Assembly: GCA_049724395.1 (NCBI GenBank)
Contig: JAUGWO010000046.1
Coordinates: 124,001 to 188,000 of the forward strand
Length of the DNA: 64,000 nt
Source of the DNA: Spongospora subterranea f. sp. subterranea
Taxonomy: Eukaryota
Direction: 5' to 3'
Within the stretch, counting starts at the first letter, position 1. Every line of letters begins with the position of its first letter. Below, piece after piece: positions 51,150 through 62,350 of the stretch. The notes under the pieces were generated by a model. It was not told the DNA's origin and searched no databases. It worked only from the letters and a program-made list of their open reading frames with translations. The translations under genes and the position numbers were made by a program.

Positions 51150-52995
51150 ATGAGTCTTAGCAAGAAACTCAGCGTCGATGACCTGTCTTTTGCGGGAAAG
51201 CGGGTGCTGATGCGGTCGGTCCCAATCTCTGAGCGATATATCGGTTGGTTTATTGCTGTGTACTACCTTAGTGTCGACTATAATGTCCCCATCAACAAGA
51301 ACGGGGATGTCGAAGATCCCAGACGAATTGAAGCCACTCTCCCCACCATCAATCATGTTCTGAAACAAGGTCGCTAAAATTTTGTAAATCCTACCTGACC
51401 CTATTTTGAATAATAATCTTTCAGGCGCGAAGAGTGTAGTCCTCATCTCCCATCTTGGACGCCCTGACGGTCAAGTTATGCCGAAGTATTATCCGATTTG
51501 TGTCACAGTCATGTGCGATGTTATCTTAACATGTGGGTGACAGGTACTCTTTGCGATGCTGTGTGCCCGTACTTGAGAAGCTCCTTGGGAGAAAGGTCGA
51601 ATTCGTTAGCGACTGTGTCGGCCCCGGTTAAAACATTATTGGCATATGCCTCCTTATTGTAATATGTGTTTGAACATGCAGATGTGGTGAAGGTTACGGC
51701 CAATCCTGCAACTGGATCCGTCTTTCTACTTGAGAATCTCCGTTTCCACGTTGAGGAAGAAGGTTGGTATGCTGAAACCCTTTCAAGCACGCCTTTCGTT
51801 TACATGCATATTCTCACAAGGAAAAGGCGTTGATGCAGCCGGAAATACTGTCAAAGCTGACACTGCCGCCGTAAAAAAGTTTCGCCAGGATCTTTCCGGC
51901 TTAGGCGATGTATTCGTTTTTGATGCCTTTGCGGCTGCACATCGTGCACATAGCTCTGTGGTATGGACGCTTTTATCGTGAATAACCACATTTCAATCCA
52001 GAGCAGGTTGGAATTTCTCTACCTCAAAGAGCTTGTGGTTATTTGATGAAGAAAGAGCTCGACTATTTCGCAAAGGCGATTGAAGCTCCAGCTCGGCCAT
52101 TTCTATCGATCCTTGGTGGTGCAAAAGTTAAAGATAAGATTCAATTGATTGAAAACCTTTTGAACATCGTTGGTCGGTGCAGCAATTTAGAATTATTGTA
52201 TGCCTACTGAATGTTACAATGCAGATGAGATGATCATCGGTGGCGGGTAAATAATATCTTCATCGAAAATTGAGTCAAATGTTTATAAATATTTAGGATG
52301 GCATTTACTTTCAAAAAGGTCATCAATGAAATGAACATCGGCAATTCATTGTTCGACTCGGAAGGCGCAAAGGTAACTTATAAAACACCTCCTCAAATCT
52401 TATTTTTGAGAATCAAGATGCTTTTTTAGATTGTAAAAGACTTGGTTAAAAAAGCCACAGAAAAGAAAGTCAAACTGCATTTCCCCATCGATTTTGCAAC
52501 GGCACAAGAATTTGCAGAGGACGCAGTCGCTGGCACCGCAGAGGAGTCGACAGGGATTTCCGATGGATGGATGGGTTTGGATTGCGGTCCCAAAACTATG
52601 ATGCTGAATAACGATGTACTGTCAAAAAAAAGTCACAGTTTGAAATTATACTCAGTTTTTTATGAAACAGGTAATCAAACGTGCTAAGACCATTGTCTGG
52701 AACGGTCCTCTGGGAGTTTTCGAGTTCCCTCAATTCAGTAAGGGTACTAAAAGCGCAATGGATGCAGTCGTAGAGGCGTCGAAACACGGTTGTGTCACCA
52801 TTATCGGAGGTACCTTGGGCTTTACAACAATATCACGGCGGTTGAACAATGCTAGGTGGTGATACGGCATCGGCAGCAGAGAAGTTCAACGCTGTCGATG
52901 GCGTTTCGCATGTTAGTACCGGAGGAGGAGCTTCGCTAGAGCTGCTGGAAGGCAAAGTCCTTCCCGGAGTGGAGGCTCTTTCCAATAAGGAATGA
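51150..52995 (+). CDS. PGK: Phosphoglycerate kinase, multi-exon
   Basis: [85 protein letters not shown]. Confidence 0.98.
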
Positions 52996-53022
52996 ATTTC
53001 CGTTGAAATGAAACACCAGAAA

Positions 53023-56000
53023 TCATTGAATTGGACGAATTTTGAAGTGTCCCCCAAGGTCCGTCTGAGCCTGCTCTTGGATTAATTCCAAAGCAAGGTT
53101 AAAAGCCTCTTTGTTCTTGCAGTTTTTTCGCCATAATAGCAACGTCATTTCGACTTGATTATACTCATTATCAAGCATCAAACTCAAGAGACATGATATT
53201 GCTGCGTCGTCCTGCTGCAATGTGGTTCTTTTAAGTTCCTGCAGCGTCTTTGCCTTTTGATTATGTTCAGTCTTGACCCTGTCATTGGCCTTAACTGAAG
53301 TACTGGAAATTTTCTCGATCGCCGAAGAGGAGGCCTAGACATAAATTTACGCAGTTGAGATTGGGCAATCGTAAAGAAGAAGAAAGAATGCACTCACGGC
53401 GGCTGGGCTTGTTGATTGCCTCGATTGACGCTGACTTTTCATGGCAAACTGTACCTCCATTCGAATGTCGGGAGGGAGTTCATGTAAAACATTAATGTCG
53501 ATATTGTTCACGTCAAAAGCGAATTCTTTCCACGATTGTTGATCGGCCTCGGTAGAGGTAGTAGTAGGAGTCTTTGGTTCTGACGTCGCAGTCGTAACGG
53601 TTTTCGAAGCCTCTTCCGCATTCTGTTCAAGTAGCTCTTGGCGAATATCTTCAGGGAGTTCCATGAAGACTCCTAAATCCCAACCAGCGAGGAGTTTAGG
53701 CGGTTCCGGCAATACCTTGGCATCGATCTTCTCAGGCACCGCTTCACGTTTTCCTTGCTCAGATGTGGGCTGTACAGTAGTAGAGCGATCAAAATAATTG
53801 TTGATAGTGTTTAAACTGAATGAAACCGATTCTAATCGAGATATATAAAGCCCCACAGCACGAATCTAATAGCACCATGTCAATGGATAATTATGAGATG
53901 AAATGCAAAAATTACTTGTTCTAAGGGAACGTTGATCATGTTTAATAGCGTGTGACAATAAGAACGAAGAATAGCCGGATCTCGAGTTGGGGGAGTTGCA
54001 GTTGTGGATTTACTTAAACTGTATCACACTCGCCGTGTCCTAGAAACTTCTTAGGATATACTGGAGCATGGGCACATCTTTGTTTAATCTGTGCCATTTG
54101 AAATGTTAGCTGCATTCCCACTTTACCAGCATAGATTGATTGCCTTAAGTGAAATCGTCGATGCGAACCGATTGGCCATTGACAGCCTGGAACAAACTTC
54201 CGAACATAAACCCATAAGGAAATGGTCAAACTGATCTGTTGACATCAAATGAGACAAAAATCAAGAAGATACCGCCATCATGCAAACCCTGAACGAAAAA
54301 TCGTACACCCCAGCCAATTTCAGCTCCCATTTGGTTCCTGACCTTATAATTCGAATTTAGAGTCCGCTTATCGATCCCCCGACAGAATTCATAAAGCGAT
54401 AACCCTAAGGCTGAGCCAAGAACCCTCTGCAATTCGGGTTTGGCTGCTAGACGCAGTTCATGAATGGTTGTGATTTGCAACTTCTCGCGTAGCGCCATTT
54501 GGGTATTTGGCCCAAGACCAGGCAAATCCCGAATATTCTCCAGTTTCAGTAAATAATTCATTGATTCCGATCTCGGTGATCCGTCTGATGCCATTGGGTT
54601 TCGCTTCACGAGTCGCTAATCTGGCGAATAAAATCGAGTCTCCAATACCGACACCTTCATGACAGTTTAGGAGCTCTCTCATACAGCAATTGACTATTAA
54701 ATACTTGCTGTACAACCGGTGGCAAGAAATATCTCCGCCCTGATTTGTTCGCCGATTTGAATCGGATTGGCAGATTTGGGAATTTCTAAAAGCGCTTCAT
54801 CACAGCTTAACACCTGAACCGTATGCGTTATTCCATAGAATATCCTATCCATCAAAAACGTTCAATCAATATTGAACGAATGGTTCAGGACAATTGCAAT
54901 ACTCATATATTGTCTCGGACGCCTGCGAATACTTATCGAACTCAAACTTGACCACCTGAAGATTCGGACAGAGTCGCAGTGCCTCCTTCATCCACATTCC
55001 GGATCGAACACCAAACGATCGAGCCACATAATTACATGTTGATACTTCACCGGTTCCTAAATGACCAATGCGACAACTTAAGCAAGAAGCGCAAAGGCTT
55101 GAAATTTTTTCCGCAATTGCCGAGACCTGATTTGGAATGAGAGACCGCAACAGGCTTGTCTTTCAAGTCAGGACGATCTCTAAAATAAATAGTTAATGGA
55201 CCAGATTGAGAATGTCAGGAGCAATGATAACAACAACCTGATCGAGATCGAGGCGAAAAAGCAGTCCATATCGATATGAAGGATGTGACCACGATCACCT
55301 TTAGCCATGGAATATAACGGCTTCTAAAACGGTGATGATTTCAGCATTAATACGCGAGGAACGGCGATGAAATCATACCAACTGCAGAAGCTCATGAACA
55401 AGACTACATTCGAACTTCTCTTTCCAAGAGCCAATAAAATGGAGGCGCGATTGGGAGAAATAGTTGGCAACAAAATCGGGATCTGTTAATGTGAAGCTGG
55501 GCAATGATGAATTCTTATACGGCTGGAAGGAGAATCAGTTAAAAAACAGAGAACACAATCGGGAACTCAAATATAACGGCTAACCGTCTTATCAAACCGA
55601 TGATCTCCTATAAACGAAATCGAATGATGAGCAATACAAGATCAAGGAAAACAACGGATATTCAGAGCCAATACCAATGCGATTCATCAATTTCTCCTCT
55701 GGCGATATCGTCGATCGATTAAGAGCTGTCGATAATGTTGATTGACCAAGATCCAGATGATCATGTGAATCGTCTTCCTCGAACTGGTCATATGGCGGTT
55801 CAATAAAGAGCGGCGGAACGCGTTCTCCAGGCGGTTCGACATCCGACAGAACAGCGGCAATGGATGGCGTTTTATCAGATGAGCTACTGTCAACTGACTG
55901 GCCTTGTACTTGACTACGAAACCCCCCAAAAAATCGTTCGGTTCAATATAAAGGGATAAATGTGCAGTTAAATAGCACATACCTGTATTGTGTGAGAAAC

Positions 56001-56521
56001 TGATTAATATTCGGCTGATCTGGTGTGATCAGTTCAGGAACTGTATAATCCACCCAGCTAATCAATCTGACCACTAATTCAATAAATATGATATATATAT
56101 TAACCCAGTGATCTCCTACTTGGATTGGGTAATGCATTCAATGATCCAATCTGGCCTGACAACACGAACTCGGGACTTTCGAAATGTGTCGATTTTGGTG
56201 TTGGCAATTCCGGTGGCGACAACATGGGTCACTTCAGGGCACTATATAAACAATGTATATAGCACCAGTTTATTATGATGACGATATAATGGGGCAGTTT
56301 AGACCAACCATCGTTAATGAGAATGATCCACCATATTCAGTTACTAATTCCCATAAGGTTCGCTGAGATGGGGTCGTTCGTCCATTCACAAATATATTGA
56401 TATTGCTGAATAGGGTCGATACTACGCCTCGGTTTTCGAATTGGGACCCAAGCTTAGCCCGCTTCCTGGACATATATCCCGACATTGATAGGTCCAGATC
56501 GTCCCCATCCTGATTCGACAT
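53023..56521 (-). CDS. REV1: REV1 translesion deoxycytidyl transferase (BRCT, Y-family polymerase, UBM), multi-exon
   Basis: YMSRKRAKL, BRCT IFVNGRTTP, FSQSRLHFIGSW, HIDMDCFFAS, CNYVARSFGV, SCDEA, KKFLGHGECD, UBM-like ELPEDIRQE and ELPPDIRMEV. Apparent frameshift near 54014. Confidence 0.95.
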
Positions 56522-56899
56522 GTCGCCAGCCAATCCAGACACCAGTATCGCTGGTCAGATAGATAACGCTGTATCAAATGAATGGGTCAATAATGAGCTA
56601 TAAACCAGCGTCATTCTACAGTTCATTCCACCAATCAATTTACAGGTATGATGGCGCAACCATCTCAACTGCCCACCGTGACTTGTACTGGTACAGTACA
56701 CTGTATCTCAAATGTCCACCATACACTGTATACAGTGTACACCTTCGGTACCCCTACACTGTAATCTTTATACAGTGGAGGCTCCGGTTACCCCCTTTCA
56801 CCATCACTGTCCCCTGCTGGCACTCAAAATTTTAGGTAGAGGAAATGAGTGTTTGAATCGTGATCTGATGTGCTGGATCATTCGATAGAAGTTGGCAAA

Positions 56900-57370
56900 C
56901 AGCTTAACTATGGACGACACCGGAATGATATGCATTGCCGCCGCGATGTCGTGCGTTGCTGCAGCTGCTGCTGTTATTGATGCTGATGAGCATCGGCACA
57001 GGCGGCTTTCAAAAACAATGCATACGGTTCGAGAAAATATTCGGGAAGGCTGGCATTGCATATACTTTCCAGCTACTATATTTAACAGCTATTTTAGGTG
57101 TAGAAGATTGCCCTATTGACAATTGGTACCGCCAAAATTTTCGCGTGTCGAGAAAAACGTTCGACTGGATTGTTGACCGTTTGACTGATTATTCGGATCA
57201 GAAGGGCATTAAGTTTGCCCGGAGATAACGACTATGTCGATATGTGTACGCGAATCGCTCTGACCTTGTCGTACTTGTCGCAAGAGGACGGGTTCATCAA
57301 ACTGCAGCTCTTTTTGCAATCTCCGAAATCAACCGCGATTAGCATTATGAACGCGTGTTTGGACGCTCCA
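56900..57370 (+). mobile_element. PIF/Harbinger transposase N-terminal remnant
   Basis: WYRQNFRVSRKTFDWIVDRL and IALTLSYLSQ..KSTA match the HARBI1-like N-terminal/HTH region; truncated before the DDE core. Confidence 0.7.
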
Positions 57371-57779
57371 CTAACCACTATCTACTTACTAGTAAACAAC
57401 CCCAATCATAATCGAAATATGAATTGCGACTCACTTATCGACATTAGTGGTGATAATGGCTCAGACCATTCAATCGTCTGATTCGCAAATGGAAAGCGCC
57501 CTTGAAATATTGAAATTATATTTACTTGTGCTGAATTTGTAGGTGTTGAATCATCAATATCGAACGGTGATCAGAGTTCCCAGCAAATTAATGTCATTGG
57601 CTTGCCGGAACACATGGAGTTAACGATAGTGGATTTCTCTGAGATTATGACAATTCAAGACAACGGCAATTGGAGATTGATTGGCCGAATTTCTGCCACT
57701 ACAGCCACAGGCAACCATTTTTCGCACATGTTTTGAAGGAACATGTGGCCTTGCCGGGTTATTACGTGTTTGACGACTT

Positions 57780-58158
57780 GTTGAACCAAGGTCGAGCGGT
57801 TCGTGTTGAATCAGCTCCAACCAACCGGCACCACTCGTGGCTCGTCGTCTACAAGAAACAATAATAAAGTAATTTGACAGAGAGGATCCAGATACGATAA
57901 ATTTGTCGGCAAATTAGATTATTGTTTGTCGCATGAGACCAACCATGAGAATTGCCATGGCCCAAGCTCCTTTGACATAACCTTATAGTTGTATTTATTG
58001 CGGTGAGCTGAATCCACACAAACCGCTCGACCCTCGATCTGGTGAACAAAGGTCGAGCGGGTCGTGTTGGATTCAGCTCCAACCAACAGCACCAAATAAA
58101 CCAATTGATTTAGAGGTCCAGATACGATGAATGTTCGGCAAATCAAAATATTGTTTGT
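57780..58158. repeat. Degenerate direct duplication of two short blocks
   Basis: aaggtcgagcgg.tcgtgttg..tcagctccaaccaac at ~57789 and ~58049; tccagatacgat..cggcaaat..attgtttgt at ~57887 and ~58117. Confidence 0.75.
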
Positions 58159-58811
58159 GGTGTAGCCGTGTAGGCCCGTAAAAAACTGACGGGACTTTGC
58201 GGACAACGTTGATGGATTGTCTAATTGTCAGAAATAATACAGTACTGCTCTACGCCCAGGTGACAGCTGGGCAACAGTTGCATCAACACTCGATTTGATT
58301 GTCTAGCACATTTTCTGAAGGTCTCGCTGAGCAAAAAAGGTTGTCACGTCGTTAACATAGTATTCCTTGTCTACATTGAGTTGTCAGAGCATGCAGTGGC
58401 GTCATGGTCATGTCGTCCATTGGTAAGAGCCCCATTCAAATCGCTGTACTCGGCTGGCACTAAAGCCACAATCGGGTAGGCCGATGTGTTTATTGTCTAA
58501 TAAAGAGAGGAATAGCGCACAGGCGACGGTTGATCCCGAACGATGAATCCAGTCCAACGTGATTACTCAACCGAACTCTCTGTTAAATCCAAACTTATTG
58601 CTGATATATTTGCTGTGCTATATTTGAGCTATCAGTGATCCCTCTGGTGGAATAATGACTTCTTACTCCGGTTTATCCTCAAGTTTATTTGAAATTGTAG
58701 CGTTGGGATTAGCGTTGGGATGCGACGGAACTGCCAGGGTCGATTCCCTTACTTGAAAGGAAAGATTGGTCGACAGCATCCGATTCTAACCCCATCATGA
58801 TCGCCGATTGT

Positions 58812-59768
58812 TTATTGTTTAACTTCATGTTTTGGAAAGAACCAGTTCCAAGAAAATAGACTCTCCGGTGTTAACGATTTGCCATCTAGTTGTTGATCTG
58901 GGTTCCAATCTGAACCTGGTTCGGTTTGTGAACTGATAGAATCGGGGTGGTCTGTGCCAAGTGGTATATCCCCCTGATCATCGCTTGGAATGGCTACAGA
59001 AACCATTTCTAGTGCTAAGTCTGTCTCCGTTCGAATTGCCGGCTCTGTCGAGAGTTCGTCTGAGTTGACATCAACAGGACCTGTAGATGAAAGCGATAGG
59101 GTTTCCATTTCGACATTGGTCTCGGAATCATCGCCATAGTCTCCATTTCTTAAATTCACCTCCTCGTCTTCTTTCTCATGAAACCCTTCATGCCAGTTTT
59201 GATCAAGGACAGATCTCGCAGTGTCGTTATCAGTCTGGTTGACAGCGAGTTGGTCTTCTTGTAAGTCTTCAACCTCTGTCTCGTCAACAGTAGTCTTTGG
59301 TGCAGAAACCACTGGTTTCTCCGAATGAGATACGGGAGTTTCCTGGGAATTGACGACATCAAAATCATCGACGACGATCACATTGTTGTTCAAATGGACA
59401 TCGGGTTCAGGTCGCACTTTCTCTGCCTTGAGTTCTTCAACATGTTTCTCCAAAACTGAATTTGATTGATCATCTGGTTCCGTTGGAGACCTGATAGAAA
59501 CCTCACGATCCTGGTTCTGGACTGATACGGACGAGCCCTCGGGTTCCACGTTGGAATTAGCCAAATCTGTGGCCGAGTCTGAATTAACGGGTGTGATCTG
59601 CTGTCGATTGGACCCGCTTTTACTGATTTCTTCAACAGAGCCGTTGGTTTTCTTCATGGCCTTTTCCCAAGCGGCCATCCCAATAACTGCAACTGTTATG
59701 GCGACCACACCCACAATCACAACGAGGTTTTTATGGGATTTTTTACGGGAAGGCGGCAAAAGCATCAT
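58812..59768 (-). CDS. Intronless acidic, low-complexity protein with N-terminal membrane anchor
   Basis: 318-aa ORF; basic stretch then LVVIVGVVAITVAVIGMAAW; D/E/S-rich remainder; aromatic C-terminus LFSWNWFF. Confidence 0.7.
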   Translation of the reverse strand: MMLLPPSRKKSHKNLVVIVGVVAITVAVIGMAAWEKAMKKTNGSVEEISKSGSNRQQITPVNSDSATDLANSNVEPEGSSVSVQNQDREVSIRSPTEPDDQSNSVLEKHVEELKAEKVRPEPDVHLNNNVIVVDDFDVVNSQETPVSHSEKPVVSAPKTTVDETEVEDLQEDQLAVNQTDNDTARSVLDQNWHEGFHEKEDEEVNLRNGDYGDDSETNVEMETLSLSSTGPVDVNSDELSTEPAIRTETDLALEMVSVAIPSDDQGDIPLGTDHPDSISSQTEPGSDWNPDQQLDGKSLTPESLFSWNWFFPKHEVKQ

Positions 59769-59875
59769 TTCAGTTGGAAGCGGGTGATATTGCCTAGAAG
59801 AGGGTGGTGTTGGAATTGAGATTCAAAAAGATACCTGTCCACAGCGACGAATGGTCATCTTGTTGACAACCAGGG

Positions 59876-60290
59876 AACTGTGTCACATAATTAATGGGGA
59901 GATTCACAACAAGGGACCCAGCACTTGGTCATCCGTTGGCAGTCAGCCAACTGTGCCACATAATTGATGGGGAGATTCACAACAAGGGACCCGACACATG
60001 GGTCATCAGCCAACTGTGCCACATAATTGATGGGGAGATTCACAACAAGGGACCCGACACATGGGTCATCAGCCAACTGTGCCACATAATTGATGGGGAG
60101 ATTCACAACAAGGGACCCGACACATGGGTCATCAGCCAACTGTGCCACATAATTGATGGGGAGATTCACAACAAGGGACCCGACACATGGGTCATCAGCC
60201 AACTGTGCCACATAATTGATGGGGAGATTCACAACAAGGGACCCGACACATGGGTCATCCGTTGGCAATCAACCAACTGTGTCACATAAT
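59876..60290. repeat. 63-bp tandem repeat (minisatellite), ~6.3 units
   Basis: Unit atcagccaactgtgccacataattgatggggagattcacaacaagggacccgacacatgggtc; internal copies identical, terminal junctions carry an extra ccgttggca segment. Confidence 0.97.
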
Positions 60291-60439
60291 ACATTGGGTC
60301 TATAATATCACTCTACCAATCACCATCTATCACACACTCACTCAATATCACTCACACACAACCTTATACTCAATCATCGCAGAGTGATGTCGCTGTCGCT
60401 ATTCATAGATTCAAATTGTGAATATCGTCCAGAGATAGA

Positions 60440-61700
60440 CCCTGACTGCCACACTTTCTCTGAAAATACAAATATTGGTGGTTCAGATAAAAATCCATCC
60501 ACCAACGTTAGGGCGCGCCGCGTATATTCTTTCTCCATGTCCGTTGCGGTTTTCGGTGGCTCACACAACAGTCCTGATCGATCAAATGGTCTGGGTGTCG
60601 AACCGTTTTATGGTGATGTCTGATTAAGGGTCAGATTGGTGACATGTTCTACAGTATGTACGGTGAGGAGGAGGTGTTCGCTCCAGAGACGATTATCATC
60701 AGTTCAGGACTGACCTGCATAATGATCGCTAGGTTGACAAATTACTGACGAGAGAACACGGCTGTCGGGGGCGCCCTCGAGAACAGAAACGCAGTGACGC
60801 CCACAGGGGATTGATTGTCCAACATGGGCATGATGATCTAGGATGGCAGATGGTATGGCATGTACAGCTACGATAGGATTCATGTACTGGATATGGAGAG
60901 GATTACACAGCACCACTCCTCGGTGCGCTGAGGTTGCCCTCTAGCCCGAACACATGGGGTATTGGAGAAAAAGTGTGTATCAATCACATCAATCACATGA
61001 GACACCTCTTCTTCATGGCCATTGTCGTGACACAGTTAGACATAAACTTCATAAACTCCATAATAAATGTGGTTGATAGTCGTTGCTGTCACACCCTACC
61101 AATTGGCTTTATGTCGCTCAACAATCAGGCAGACGCCAGCGATAACATACGCCATCTTGGCCAGTCGAACCGTCTAGAACCAATATTCTACCGAAAATAC
61201 AGTATGAAGTTCTCTACTGTCTATGATTTACCGCTCTATTGACGTCATATTCAACCTTTGGTCGATTGTGGTGGTTATTATCCCCTTGATTATCGAGTAT
61301 CGCCCCATGTTCCACAGACCATGATAGGTGTGCCAAGGGGCACTCCTTTCCCCGATGAACTAACGGGCGCCATAGACCATCTGGCGCAACAGGATATCAG
61401 ACCGACACGAGATGGCGCTACAGTTAGAATGGATACCCGATTGGCCAGGAACAATACCCTTGCCAGGATTGCCCGAACTGGACATCATTATCACGATTAC
61501 TGTTTCCAGTCGATGAATATGGCTATTGACAGCACAGCCGTTGGATATCGCCATCATTACAATATATCATGGTCATAACGCGTATTCGCTTATCGTTTAT
61601 TGATGGGCGATGGGAGCGAACCTGGCCAGGACGAACGAGCGACCAAGCGAGGTGATCAAGGAGAAACAGGTGGTCGAACGGAAGGGTGACCCACTGGCAA
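60440..61700 (+). pseudogene. Decayed unidentified intronless reading frame
   Basis: ORFs 60934-61242 and 61258-61578 share a frame and are separated by a single TGA; the frame extends upstream and downstream with sparse stops. Confidence 0.4.
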
Positions 61701-61836
61701 GGGGCCATGATTCATTTGAGTGGGAGACGGTGACTCAATCAACAACAACACTGTCGAAATCATCACGACAGATTCACCATTCTCACAAACGAATTGTTAT
61801 TGTTAATCAGGAATAACCTGTCACGATCTGAATAGA

Positions 61837-62282
61837 ATGACCTCGAATATGGCAATGTTGATATTGAGCTCCATCGTCCTGTTGATCATTATATCACCCG
61901 TTAAATCATATCATGGCGGTAGATAATCAACACGTTCAGGGAATCATCGTATATTGTTTAATTGGGTGTTGTTTGGAATAGATCATGAAGATTATGACGA
62001 CGAGGACGATCATCATGGACATCACGATCACGATGATGATGACGATGACGATGATGAAGACGACGATGACCGTAAGGAATCAAGAGCGATGGGGTCTGAT
62101 CGTGTCTGATGACGATATGTTGTTGTTTGTGGGCAGATGAACATCATGGACACCATGGCGATTATGGACACCATTCACACCATGGCGATCATGAACACCA
62201 TGGGGGACATCACGGTGACGACGATCACGAAGATCATCACGAACATCACGACGATCATCATAGCCATCATCGCCACCATTAA
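61837..62282 (+). CDS. Small secreted His/Asp-rich protein (105 aa, 3 exons)
   Basis: Exons 61837-61918, 61982-62071 and 62137-62282 with GT-AG introns total 318 nt: signal-like MAMLILSSIVLLIIISPVKS, then YHGDHEDYDDEDDHHGHHDHD..HHSHHRHH. Confidence 0.85.
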
Positions 62283-62350
62283 ACTGCATCAGCAGCGGGC
62301 GGTCCTTCCCTCAATAAACTATTTCCCTCTCGAATCGCTCTCGTCGTACA

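Noticed and set aside
46880..54030. Euplotes-like programmed +1/+2 frameshifting at stop codons (SLC25A38 GGG TAG, REV1 GTT TAA)
   Set aside because: The other breaks (22685, 27630) are not at stops and all lie near homopolymers, so assembly indels are more parsimonious.
58695..58755. tRNA or SINE (B-box-like gggtcgattccc)
   Set aside because: No cloverleaf can be folded; similar isolated B-box-like words at ~10698 and ~26768 also lack tRNA structure.
59940..60260. Hammerhead ribozyme in the 63-bp unit (minus strand CUGAUGA followed by a hairpin)
   Set aside because: The required GAAA after stem II is absent (UCCC follows) and no stem I/III pairing is evident.
59891..60289. Repeat-protein ORFs on both strands of the array
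   Set aside because: They are open only because the unit is 21 codons without a stop; no independent coding evidence.
59876..60290. CRISPR-like array
   Set aside because: Units are identical end to end with no unique spacers, no cas genes are visible, and the context is eukaryotic.
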